Positions 25,208 through 33,675 of a stretch of DNA of 36,671 bases are shown piece after piece. The notes under the pieces are model-generated. The model was given only the letters and a program-made list of their open reading frames with translations. It was not told the DNA's origin and made no database searches. Positions within the stretch are counted from its first letter, which is position 1. Each line of letters opens with the position of its first letter. This stretch comes from a virus. The translations under genes and the position numbers were made by a program. The stretch lies in IMG/VR virus record IMGVR_UViG_3300038415_000180; one strand, 5' to 3'.

Positions 25208-28200
25208 CTAGTTGTTGACGTCGGCCAAAAACTGACGAGCGTTCTCATACACAAGCTTGGCTGTCTGGATCTCATTGCGGATAGCAATGTTGTTGAGGTG
25301 CAAGTCCACTGAATCAATCAGATCTTGGGGCTCGACCTGAACGAACGGGCGCATGATCTTGTGCATCTCATCCCGTTGCTTCTGGGTGAACTTCGACGGA
25401 TGGAACTTGTTCCCACCTTGGTTGAGCAACTCTAGGACGATGTCAGCAGCCTCCGGCTGAGTGTTCACGAAGTGACTCATCTTGATCCGCCAGACATGGT
25501 CGACGACCTTGCGCATGATGTCCCCAACGGCCCCGTCAAGGCGTGTGGAAGCCTCTGTGAGGACTCCGTTGCCCATTGACTCTGAACAGGGTAGGTAGGC
25601 CAGGAACTGCTTCAGAAGCCTGATACGGTCGTCCTGGCTTAGCTCGCCAACGATGATGACTTTGCTGAACCGACGGATGAGAGGCATCGAGATCCGCTCG
25701 GGATGGTTCGTGGCCCCCCAGAGAGCCAGGTGAGGGTAGCTCGTGATGCCATCCATCAAGACCTGGAACTCAGTGGCGAGGTTGGTCCCACCAAAGGCCG
25801 CATGCCCACGGTCCCCGTTGAGAATCGTATCGATCTCGTCGATGAGGAAAAACACTTGTTTCTTTGACTCCCGCTGAATCTTTAAGCCAGCTTCGAACAG
25901 ACGCTTTGGGTTCTTCTCACTTTCCCCTTTCCAACAAGTAAGGAAATCTGAGGCTTGCGCGAAGATTCCGATGCTCTGTCGATTCGAAGCCACACCTCGA
26001 AGGATCTCTGTTTTGCCCGAGTTATGAGTTACTGTGAAGTCACCCAGTAGATATCGTCCATCACCGTCAAGGGTAAATCCGTAATATCTCTCTTGAGGGA
26101 GTTCTCGTATAGTAAGCCCCGTACGAAGGACGTCCTTGATTTGCCTTCGTTCTCCAGCTTTCTTATGTGGAATACGCACTGGTATCAGACTCACATCTCC
26201 AGAGATCTTCACTCGGTAGTAAGTCCTCAATAACCCCTTGGTGTCTTTCTTTTGAAAAGTGGATTGATACGCAGCGAACCCTAAGCTGCAGGCAACAAAC
26301 CTCACATCATTAGCCAAGTGTTTTGACTTTGATTGAAAGTCAAAACACACATTCGACAGACTACCATCTGTGTCGATGAGTCCAGCTAGTAATTTTAGTC
26401 TATCCTTACGAGAGGCCATCTTGTAACAATTGGGTATGAACTTATTCCTTGTGGATGTCCCACCCAATCCTAAGTCACGTAGGATCAACATGATTGGATT
26501 TGGCTTATGACAGGTACCAGATAGCCAGTATCGAGTTACAGAAGAGGTTGGGTCAGGTGATGGGTTGACATGAAGCCCAAACTTCTTAGCTTGTTTGTAC
26601 ACTTCCCGGACTAACTCTGGGTCGCCAGTGGTGAGTGCTGGACAGGCTCTAATAGATCCGTCCCCAAGAAGTGCTCCTAAAAAATATGGGTCAAGCGGTA
26701 GTCTAGGTTTATGGGTAAACTCAACCCCAACTCGAAACAACTTGAATTCACGCTTCATATAAGCGGACCAGCCTAAGTAATCAGTAACCGCTACATCTCT
26801 AACCTCACCACTCAACTTCTTGTGTCCCATACGAACAAGTGTCAGAACATGACCCTTGTTCACAACCCAAGGTTCTCCTTTGGTTGGAAGGATCTCGACC
26901 ATATCTTCAGACCCACGATGTAGCTCCAGTACCCTACGGGGTTTGCTGTCAGGACCCATCAACAAGTCCCCAACCCTAATCCGCTCCACAGACTTCAAGG
27001 ACCCATCGAACATCAGGATCTTCTGTCCCTTACGATGACATCCCTGTGGCCCGACAAGAAGCACGTTGCTCTTGTCCGCCTTCTTCGATGGGGAGGTGGC
27101 CAGGAACACATCGAACCATTTGGCCCCATCGAGGATGTTGCTCATGAATTCGAGAACTTCCTTGAACCCAGATCCAATGACTTCGGACAGGTCCACCATA
27201 GGCTTGATGCCAGGAATGACTGTCAACTCCCCTGGGGCATCGCCGGTGAACGGGTTACCATTACCGATCTTGCAGACATAGAATGAGTTCTCTTCGAGGT
27301 TGTAGTCCCTCAGCTCTTGCTTGCGGCCGAGAATGTACTTGATGAGCGCTTCGACACTAGAGCGTTCCCTCAGCAACATCGCCACCATCTCAAGGGTCTT
27401 GTTTCTGAACTCCAACTCTTGGCGCTCCTCGATGGTGAGCAGCCCCGTCTTCTCCTTGTAAGTAACACTCTGTGGGTTCAGATCTTCGATAAAGCTCAAG
27501 GATTGTTTGAACTGGGAATCTTGATTCCTGTGTTCCTTTTGGTTAAACTTGGTGATGGTCTTGACCACCTCTGCAAAAGGGTGAGCTAATCTCTGGATCC
27601 GTGAAGACGAGTCCCACAGCCCATTCAGGCCATCAACGAGGAATCTGATGAACTTACTAGGGTCTGAGGTGAAGTCACCGAGCATTCCTGTCTGGAGTGA
27701 CTCGGCGAGGAGTACAGCCTTCCTCATCGTGTAAGCCGAGATCTCATCCGGCTTCTTGCCATCTTGGATCTCTCCATGGGAGTCTACATTCTCGTAAATC
27801 GAGATGGCCACATCCGTCGTGATGGGGTCGAAGTGAATCTTGATTCCCTCGACCGAGTGGCGATGGTTGAGAGCCTTGTAGTACCTGTCGAGGCAACCGG
27901 TGATGTGGCTGCAGATGTTGAGGATCTCCCTCTGACAGGAATTGGCTACCAGGAGATGGTTCGAGAACCTGTTTACAATAGGCCCAAACATCTGGTACTG
28001 AATCGAGAAGGTCTGCGCCTGCTCAAAAGTTCGAGGGTACCGCTCATCAGAAAGTAGTTCTATCTTCTCTGGTCGGAGGCCTCTGACAATCCCCAGCAGT
28101 TGTTGGAACCCGTTGTGCAAGTCACTGATTACTTCCAATACTATTCGAATGAAGCTGTTTCCGGCTGCATGCTTCAAGTCATCCAGCGCATCAGTGTCAG

Positions 28201-28495
28201 ACGTCATGTCCTCGAACGGGTTGCGCCTTCGGGTACTGTGTCTGACCTCCGATAGAATCGACTCAAAAGACTGACTCAAACTCGTGGTCTCGTCTTCTAG
28301 CTGACCGGTCAGGAAGGTGATCCTCTCGATCAACTCCTCGATGTCCTTCGCGAAGAGAGACTCCGCAGCATCGTTGACTACCTGAACCATCTGATAGAAC
28401 ATCATCGGATTCATCTCGACGACGTGGCTTTTACTCAAAGAGCGTTCTAGATCGTGTGAATCGAACATTTGAACGCTTGATACACCGGAACCCAA
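25208..28495 (-). CDS. Classic-clade AAA+ ATPase with a large N-terminal domain of unknown function (about 480 aa). It is interrupted in its P-loop by an intein, and the mature extein is about 755 aa.
   Basis: Once the intein is removed, the Walker A reads LLVGPQG-SGKTE. The Walker B is VFFLIDEID. The sensor-1 and second region of homology reads GATNHPERISMPLIRRFSKVIIV, with the RRF arrangement typical of Vps4, spastin and katanin ATPases. The listed start is a TTG, and an ATG lies at 28468. Confidence 0.85.
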   Translation of the reverse strand: MGSGVSSVQMFDSHDLERSLSKSHVVEMNPMMFYQMVQVVNDAAESLFAKDIEELIERITFLTGQLEDETTSLSQSFESILSEVRHSTRRRNPFEDMTSDTDALDDLKHAAGNSFIRIVLEVISDLHNGFQQLLGIVRGLRPEKIELLSDERYPRTFEQAQTFSIQYQMFGPIVNRFSNHLLVANSCQREILNICSHITGCLDRYYKALNHRHSVEGIKIHFDPITTDVAISIYENVDSHGEIQDGKKPDEISAYTMRKAVLLAESLQTGMLGDFTSDPSKFIRFLVDGLNGLWDSSSRIQRLAHPFAEVVKTITKFNQKEHRNQDSQFKQSLSFIEDLNPQSVTYKEKTGLLTIEERQELEFRNKTLEMVAMLLRERSSVEALIKYILGRKQELRDYNLEENSFYVCKIGNGNPFTGDAPGELTVIPGIKPMVDLSEVIGSGFKEVLEFMSNILDGAKWFDVFLATSPSKKADKSNVLLVGPQGCHRKGQKILMFDGSLKSVERIRVGDLLMGPDSKPRRVLELHRGSEDMVEILPTKGEPWVVNKGHVLTLVRMGHKKLSGEVRDVAVTDYLGWSAYMKREFKLFRVGVEFTHKPRLPLDPYFLGALLGDGSIRACPALTTGDPELVREVYKQAKKFGLHVNPSPDPTSSVTRYWLSGTCHKPNPIMLILRDLGLGGTSTRNKFIPNCYKMASRKDRLKLLAGLIDTDGSLSNVCFDFQSKSKHLANDVRFVACSLGFAAYQSTFQKKDTKGLLRTYYRVKISGDVSLIPVRIPHKKAGERRQIKDVLRTGLTIRELPQERYYGFTLDGDGRYLLGDFTVTHNSGKTEILRGVASNRQSIGIFAQASDFLTCWKGESEKNPKRLFEAGLKIQRESKKQVFFLIDEIDTILNGDRGHAAFGGTNLATEFQVLMDGITSYPHLALWGATNHPERISMPLIRRFSKVIIVGELSQDDRIRLLKQFLAYLPCSESMGNGVLTEASTRLDGAVGDIMRKVVDHVWRIKMSHFVNTQPEAADIVLELLNQGGNKFHPSKFTQKQRDEMHKIMRPFVQVEPQDLIDSVDLHLNNIAIRNEIQTAKLVYENARQFLADVNN
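26021..27040 (-). mobile_element. Intein of 340 aa with a LAGLIDADG homing-endonuclease domain, inserted between G and S of the Walker A motif.
   Basis: The N-terminal splice block is CHRKGQKILMFDG (Cys1). Block B is GHVLTLV. The two LAGLIDADG motifs are FLGALLGDGSI and LLAGLIDTDGSL. The C-terminal block is LGDFTVTHN, followed by Ser+1. Confidence 0.85.
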
Positions 28496-28515
28496 TACTT
28501 ATTTGATAATTCCAG

Positions 28516-28935
28516 ATGATTGAGACCAAACCAATGCCTAAGTCGCGCCGCCCCAGAATGCCTGACGCCCCAGTGGACTTGGATTTCTCTGCGATTGTAG
28601 AGGGGAGTGTCGTTACCCACGAGGACCAAGCGAATACCCACTATGCCATTGTCATAGTGGTCACCCTCGATGGATTTGCTGACATCCTCATGTTCAGCTC
28701 AAAGCAGCTTGGGTACCGATGTCGCGCAGTCACGAAAGAGGAGCTGGCCCTCTCCGGCTTCATTAGCTCGAAGAAGACCTTCCTCTCCCTGAAAAGGAGA
28801 CCCCTCTGGGAACTCAGGCCTCGCGGGCTAGAGTTCCCAAGTCATCGGGTTGAGAAACTCAAGCAGGAGTTCTTGTCAGTCGGGGAACCTATCCTCGACC
28901 TTGTCAACCATAGAGCTAATTGCTTCAACCAATGA
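28516..28935 (+). CDS. Hypothetical protein, 139 aa.
   Basis: ORF that diverges from the AAA gene. Only about 20 nt separate the two listed starts. Confidence 0.45.
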   Translation: MIETKPMPKSRRPRMPDAPVDLDFSAIVEGSVVTHEDQANTHYAIVIVVTLDGFADILMFSSKQLGYRCRAVTKEELALSGFISSKKTFLSLKRRPLWELRPRGLEFPSHRVEKLKQEFLSVGEPILDLVNHRANCFNQ

Positions 28936-29143
28936 CTCACTGGGGTCCCCAATGATCGCCGGCTCCTTGCCAATCAACTCCGCTAGGGCTCGGTAGCACC
29001 CGCTCGGGGGTCCGGACTCACCATTGGGGCGCCGGAGACGGATGGTGTCTATGTTCGGCTTTCGTTCTACCCAGTTGCTGAGATCTGAGAGGGTTGTACT
29101 TCCGGTGACATGCAGTGGCATATTCGTTCTCGTTTCAGTTGGT

Positions 29144-29665
29144 TTAATCTGCGGACTCACCTTCACCCTCTTGCTCTATCCGGGCCAAGTATTGTTCAGC
29201 ATTTTCACCAGGAGCCGCAGCGTGACTCTCCTCGATGCATCGCTTCGCAAACTCGATAGCCTCATCTTTACTGCTGAATGGAACGAACTTGATGGGTTGA
29301 AGCCCATCTCTAGCGTCGTCTGAGACTACGTACCAAAAGGTATTGTCCTCAGTTCCAACCTTGACCGTGACGTCAAGCGCTATGACCTCACCACTGGTCT
29401 CGTCCTCATCAACGTAGACATAGGTCCCAATGGTGCTGAGCTGAGTGATGTCCGCCAGGTCCGGCTTAGGTACCAAGATCGACTCGGGTACGAAGAAGCC
29501 TGTCTGAGGCCCAAACTCTCCATCGATAGGGGTGTCGAGTTCAACCACGTACATGTAGACTGGACACACATACGAGATTCCAGTGACTTCAGCTCGGATC
29601 TCGTCACCATTGATACGGACTTCTACCTCATCATGGAGTTGATTTATTGGGTACTGTTCAGTCAT
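29144..29665 (-). CDS. Hypothetical acidic protein, 173 aa.
   Basis: ORF with an 8-nt overlap with the upstream gene. Confidence 0.5.
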   Translation of the reverse strand: MTEQYPINQLHDEVEVRINGDEIRAEVTGISYVCPVYMYVVELDTPIDGEFGPQTGFFVPESILVPKPDLADITQLSTIGTYVYVDEDETSGEVIALDVTVKVGTEDNTFWYVVSDDARDGLQPIKFVPFSSKDEAIEFAKRCIEESHAAAPGENAEQYLARIEQEGEGESAD

Positions 29666-29930
29666 GTTTCAGTCTTTCCCCCAGGCCTACCCCCTCGGCG
29701 AACTCAGCCGCTTTGATGTAGTCGATGTCTGGGAAGTGGTTATTGTGCAGGGCTACATAGGCAAGGTAACCCATTCGGAGTGAATAATCGGAATGACCAG
29801 TGATTGCGCCGAGTACCTCAATCGAGGCAACCTTCGCCATGTTGTAGCCACAAATGAAGTCATTCTCATTGATTTCTTGTGGTCTCAACGTAGCAGAGGT
29901 ATCAGGTCTGATGGTCTCAACGTTTTTCAT
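29658..29930 (-). CDS. Hypothetical protein, 90 aa.
   Basis: ORF downstream of a family promoter. Confidence 0.5.
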   Translation of the reverse strand: MKNVETIRPDTSATLRPQEINENDFICGYNMAKVASIEVLGAITGHSDYSLRMGYLAYVALHNNHFPDIDYIKAAEFAEGVGLGERLKHD

Positions 29931-29941
29931 CGGTCTCTCAT

Positions 29942-29970
29942 GTATTACGCATGTTAATTCTGATTTTCAA
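29942..29970 (-). promoter_or_regulatory. Family promoter TTGAAA -17- (ATGCG)TAATAC.
   Basis: Conserved motif, 11 nt before ATG 29930. Confidence 0.45.
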
Positions 29971-29991
29971 CCTAAATCTCCGGTCCTATCC

Positions 29992-30228
29992 CTAATTGGT
30001 CCGTCGAGGTGGGAGTAGCTCGGAGCAAACCATGCACTCATCAAACGCTTTGGCGAGTATTAGACGAGATCCCACCTTCAACTCGGTGTACTTTTCGGAG
30101 TCTTCCTTAGTAATAGTGAACCGGAATATGGTACCGTCCACTTCATCAGCTTCACCTCTTTGGGCGCGGCCCCAAAAGTCCTTCACATACTCTGGTTGTC
30201 CTTCAAACATATCGGGTCGGTCGGTCAT
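29992..30228 (-). CDS. Hypothetical protein, 78 aa.
   Basis: ORF downstream of a family promoter, with a leader of about 36 nt. Confidence 0.45.
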   Translation of the reverse strand: MTDRPDMFEGQPEYVKDFWGRAQRGEADEVDGTIFRFTITKEDSEKYTELKVGSRLILAKAFDECMVCSELLPPRRTN

Positions 30229-30264
30229 GTCTCACTCTCTTTGGGGCCAGTAAGCTCTCTTAAT

Positions 30265-30293
30265 CTATTACGTTTCAGGGGCTTAGAACTCAA
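30265..30293 (-). promoter_or_regulatory. Family promoter TTGAGT -17- (AACG)TAATAG.
   Basis: Conserved motif. Confidence 0.4.
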
Positions 30294-30478
30294 CCAAGAT
30301 CAGCGAGTTATAGATCTTAGGACCCTTCCGCAGAAGTAGGACCCCGGGAGTATGACCCAGAACAGCTTGATGGATTCCAGCCACAATCCATGCATCCGGT
30401 TCATGGTAGCCCAAAAGATGATGAGGAACCCAATGAGGAGCATGTAGGCAGCGGCGAGGTCTAGTAGTTTGAATCGGA

Positions 30479-30856
30479 TCAAGGTTTCCAACCCTTCGGA
30501 GGCTTCCAACCGGCGGCGGAGGCTTGCACAGCCCAGTCAGGCCAAGGTATCTCACTCAAGGATGATTTCATCAAAGCCCTGATTTTGGTGAAAGCCTTAG
30601 CAGCCTGGGTTTTACTCTCCCACCAGAAACCGATAGCATCGTGGCCGCGAGTATCCCGGTCACCCTCTTTAATTACCTGGAAACCAGCCCTTTCAGCTGC
30701 CCAGTAATCACGATCCATTTTTGAGGCCTTGTTGTAGTCTGCCGGCGGTTCGCGCCTCTCCTGCCCGAGGAAGGCCCCCATATCATCACCGTCATCTAAC
30801 TCCCATTGGATACGGTAAACGCTACGATCTTCAACAACAACGAGTTTGTCAGCCAT
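30479..30856 (-). CDS. Hypothetical protein, 125 aa.
   Basis: ORF 5 nt downstream of a family promoter. Confidence 0.5.
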   Translation of the reverse strand: MADKLVVVEDRSVYRIQWELDDGDDMGAFLGQERREPPADYNKASKMDRDYWAAERAGFQVIKEGDRDTRGHDAIGFWWESKTQAAKAFTKIRALMKSSLSEIPWPDWAVQASAAGWKPPKGWKP

Positions 30857-30861
30857 ACTTC

Positions 30862-30890
30862 TTATTACGCGCGAGCCGCCCAGATCTCAA
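30862..30890 (-). promoter_or_regulatory. Family promoter TTGAGA -17- (CGCGCG)TAATAA.
   Basis: Conserved motif, 5 nt before ATG 30856. Confidence 0.5.
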
Positions 30891-31004
30891 CTAAGTCACT
30901 CAATCGGCTCACTGATTAGGGTTGGCTTCTAAGTCGGATTCCAAAGCGTCATCCAACCCACCTAGTGATTGACAGGCCGTGGTTAAGTCTGCACCCTGTC
31001 CGCA

Positions 31005-31442
31005 GTGTTCGGGGATCACATAAGCCGTCAGGCCAATCATAATATCCGGATATGGGGATCCATAGTATTATTCACGGTATACCTGTCCTGCATAGCACTA
31101 GTCAAGACCAGTGATTATGCCTGGGTCGGTCCGCCAGTATTCTTATCTTGGATAGGTGGGGTCTCCCTCTATGATCACCAAGAACGTAGAAGACTGCAAC
31201 AACGTCTCCTTGGTAGGGTCTCTAACTTTGGGGTTCCCGCTGGGTTTACAAGTAGGCTATTGGGTGATGACCCCCCTCGACCAGACCCACAGCCTACCCC
31301 GATAGCTTTCAACCCTGAAACGAATATTTGGGCTGTTGTACCCAACCCAGAGGTTAGCAAGGTAGAACGAATCGAAGTCCCCAAGCCAATCCGAGTCTCG
31401 CGCTACGAAAGAATTTCAGACCCGGTCAAGTGGGTCATCTGA
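31005..31442 (+). CDS. Membrane protein, 145 aa with a GTG start, ending ...RVSRYERISDPVKWVI*. This is a longer variant of the shared tag.
   Basis: ORF with N-terminal TM segments (IWGSIVLFTVYLSCIALV and VFLSWIGGVSL). The tag motif carries a 5-aa insertion. Confidence 0.5.
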   Translation: MFGDHISRQANHNIRIWGSIVLFTVYLSCIALVKTSDYAWVGPPVFLSWIGGVSLYDHQERRRLQQRLLGRVSNFGVPAGFTSRLLGDDPPRPDPQPTPIAFNPETNIWAVVPNPEVSKVERIEVPKPIRVSRYERISDPVKWVI

Positions 31443-31449
31443 GTGCTTG

Positions 31450-31911
31450 CTAGAACCTTGAGTTGATCCTAGCAAATTCTGCGTCTTCTTTATCCTTGTC
31501 CGCCTTGAAGAGCAGTTCGACTTGCCTCTTGGGGATCCCCTCAGTGCGCCAGTTTGGATAGGGCTTCTCCGCCTTCTTGTCCCACCAACGGATGCGGTAA
31601 CCTCGGAACCCTGGGACATCCTCAGGAATGGTACAGGCAACAGCTCCCCCGCGCCGACAGATCCCCCACCCATGGTCACCCTTACTGATGACGCGGGTGA
31701 CCGGGGCATACCCGCGGAGCCTACCCCAAGAAACAATGTACAGACGTTCCCCAGCCTCAATCTTGGGCTTGGCCCCACCAATCCAGTAGGCCCACTCCTC
31801 ACCGCTCTCGGAGGTCCCCGCCGGGTCACCCTCCTTGATCCAGTAGGCCCATACGTTCTTAGGTACGGTTACGACGAGGTCCGACATGGCTACACAGTAC
31901 ACCTCGTCCAA
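31450..31911 (-). CDS. Hypothetical protein, 153 aa (W/G/R-rich; possibly a PUA-like fold).
   Basis: ORF directly downstream of the sigma-factor gene. Confidence 0.5.
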   Translation of the reverse strand: MDEVYCVAMSDLVVTVPKNVWAYWIKEGDPAGTSESGEEWAYWIGGAKPKIEAGERLYIVSWGRLRGYAPVTRVISKGDHGWGICRRGGAVACTIPEDVPGFRGYRIRWWDKKAEKPYPNWRTEGIPKRQVELLFKADKDKEDAEFARINSRF

Positions 31912-31919
31912 AAGGAATA

Positions 31920-32504
31920 CTAGGGGTCGAGGCCAGCACTCGATGCCCTCGCCAACTGGTCCAATGCTTTATCCTTGATCTGACACACGCGAGCCTCAGT
32001 GAGACCTAGTATCTTGGCTATCTCACACAGGGAATAGTCCTCAAAGCAGTACTTCGAGAGAATGAATACCTCCTTTGGGGTGAGAAAGCTGAGAGACTCC
32101 AACACCTTTCGGAGTTCAATTCGTGCATGAACTAGCTCATCAAGAGGGCTAGTATCCGGGTCAGATAGGTTGGGATCAAGCAAATCGAACTTGGGCATCA
32201 CGCCACTCATCGTGCGCTTCTTGCGCCTGAGTGGCGTCGAGTTACGAATCTCATCTATGATGTGGCCCTTGATCCTACTACGAGCGTAGTGGCGAAACTC
32301 ATCGCGAGAGCCAGAATACTTGCGACAGGCATCCCATAAGCCGATCAAACCCCACTGATAAAGCTCCTCGTATTGTAGAAAAGGTGTACACTTTTTGGTG
32401 TAGTACCCAGCGATACTTGCCGCCATATTCATGTGGTTTTCGAACAACTCTTGAGTATCTCTAGGGGTGCTTAGTGCGGACACAAGTAGGTCCAACTCCT
32501 CCAC
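31920..32504 (-). CDS. Sigma-70-family RNA polymerase sigma factor, 194 aa, of the compact FliA/sigma-28 or SigF type.
   Basis: Region 2 reads QWGLIGLWDACRKY...FRHYARSRIKGHIIDEIRN (compare FliA GGIGLLNAVERYD...FTTYAVQRIRGAMLDELR). The region 4.2 HTH reads LTPKEVFILSKYCFEDYSLCEIAKILGLTEARVCQIKDKALDQLA. The listed start is a GTG. Confidence 0.8.
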   Translation of the reverse strand: MEELDLLVSALSTPRDTQELFENHMNMAASIAGYYTKKCTPFLQYEELYQWGLIGLWDACRKYSGSRDEFRHYARSRIKGHIIDEIRNSTPLRRKKRTMSGVMPKFDLLDPNLSDPDTSPLDELVHARIELRKVLESLSFLTPKEVFILSKYCFEDYSLCEIAKILGLTEARVCQIKDKALDQLARASSAGLDP

Positions 32505-32616
32505 TTTTAGGTAAAGCGGGTCACCTAGATCAGATAGGATAAGTAGAAACGATTGCCCACATCAGTATAAAACCGTGCATTAGTAACCTTAACAATCCTA
32601 CCTTTCGGTGTAGCAG

Positions 32617-32844
32617 TTGAATATGTCTTCAATCAAAGGTGAGCCTACGTTTGTTGAGGTGAGTTGGGTTGACATCACCGACCAGGATATAGCAAAAGTA
32701 TCAGAGGCATCAGGCCTTTCCCCTGAAAGGATCAAACAGTACTTGGAGAGCGAGGAGCAAGACAATAACGTTTTGCGATACTTCGCGCTAATTAGGGTCT
32801 ATCCGAGGGGTAAACTCTTCCAATCGTACAAGCAACCCGCTTAG
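32617..32844 (+). CDS. Small acidic hypothetical protein, 75 aa, divergent from the sigma-factor gene.
   Basis: ORF. Confidence 0.35.
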   Translation: MNMSSIKGEPTFVEVSWVDITDQDIAKVSEASGLSPERIKQYLESEEQDNNVLRYFALIRVYPRGKLFQSYKQPA

Positions 32845-32869
32845 GATCTGTTTTTGGGGTATTAGTGGC

Positions 32870-33400
32870 ATGGCAAGCAACCATTATCGTCGGGTGTATC
32901 TTGCCGGCCCGGATGTCTTCTTCCCTGATGTGGCCGAGCGATCAGCTAGGTTGAAGGATACCTGCCGTCATTATGGCTTCGAGGGAGTGTTCCCCCTCGA
33001 CTCTGGAGTCAAGATCACAAGCGCTCTTGCGCGCGAGGAGAACGGCTACCTCATCTACGAAGCCAATATCAGTCTCATTCGTTCCTGCCAGGCCATCCTG
33101 GCCAATGTAACCCCCTTTCGAGGCCCGTCGGTTGATGCCGGGACCGCTTTCGAGATTGGTTTCGGTCGCGCTCTCGGTCTCGAAGTTGTCGGGTACACAG
33201 CTATCCGCAACTTGTACAAGGAGCGGGTAACCCCGGATGGTCTGATGGTCGAAGACTTTGACATGGTCGACAACCTCATGATTCACTCTGCTATGTGTGG
33301 GGATATTTTCAGCACCCCACAAGAAGCACTTGACTACTTGGCCATCTTGTTTGACTCTGGCGAGCCCACAGCCCGCGTGAGCAGCATCAGACGAACATGA
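32870..33400 (+). CDS. Nucleoside 2-deoxyribosyltransferase / deoxynucleotide N-glycosidase (Rcl/DNPH1) superfamily protein, 176 aa.
   Basis: VYLAGPDVFFPD and SVDAGTAFEIGFGRALG match the family hallmarks (IYLAGP.F and D.GT.FE.GYA). Confidence 0.65.
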   Translation: MASNHYRRVYLAGPDVFFPDVAERSARLKDTCRHYGFEGVFPLDSGVKITSALAREENGYLIYEANISLIRSCQAILANVTPFRGPSVDAGTAFEIGFGRALGLEVVGYTAIRNLYKERVTPDGLMVEDFDMVDNLMIHSAMCGDIFSTPQEALDYLAILFDSGEPTARVSSIRRT

Positions 33401-33675
33401 GTTCTCGTCGCCTAGCAGTCAAAGTCATCCACGGTCAAGGAACAGAGCCAGAGCTCTTTGAGATCCCACTGAGTGGTCCTATTGGATCAAAGTTCAACCT
33501 GTTCGTGTTCCGCGGCGAGTCTACAATGAGTGAGAAGGAGATTCAAGACTTAGTAGAGATCTCTGGCAGACTGTCAGGTAATCCTTGCACAGCACTCATT
33601 CTGGGGGCAAATGACCAGTTCGAGGTGTATGAAGTCGAGATTCCAACCCGTTACGAACGTGACCCGGTGATCTGA
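33397..33675 (+). CDS. Hypothetical protein, 92 aa, ending ...EIPTRYERDPVI* (the shared tag).
   Basis: ORF with an ATGA overlap with the upstream gene. Confidence 0.55.
   Translation: MSSRRLAVKVIHGQGTEPELFEIPLSGPIGSKFNLFVFRGESTMSEKEIQDLVEISGRLSGNPCTALILGANDQFEVYEVEIPTRYERDPVI

Noticed and set aside
26856-28057. Several + strand ORFs of 60-97 aa inside the AAA/intein gene (26856, 27035, 27066, 27317, 27764).
   Set aside because: They are antisense to a 1095-aa gene with unambiguous motifs. They have no start context and have biased composition.
28493-28495. An ORF-track start 'M' for the AAA gene.
   Set aside because: The codon is TTG, because the track allows alternative starts. ATG 28468 is an equally plausible start. 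The same caveat applies to 31005 (GTG), 32504 (GTG), 24612 (GTG) and 21795 (TTG).
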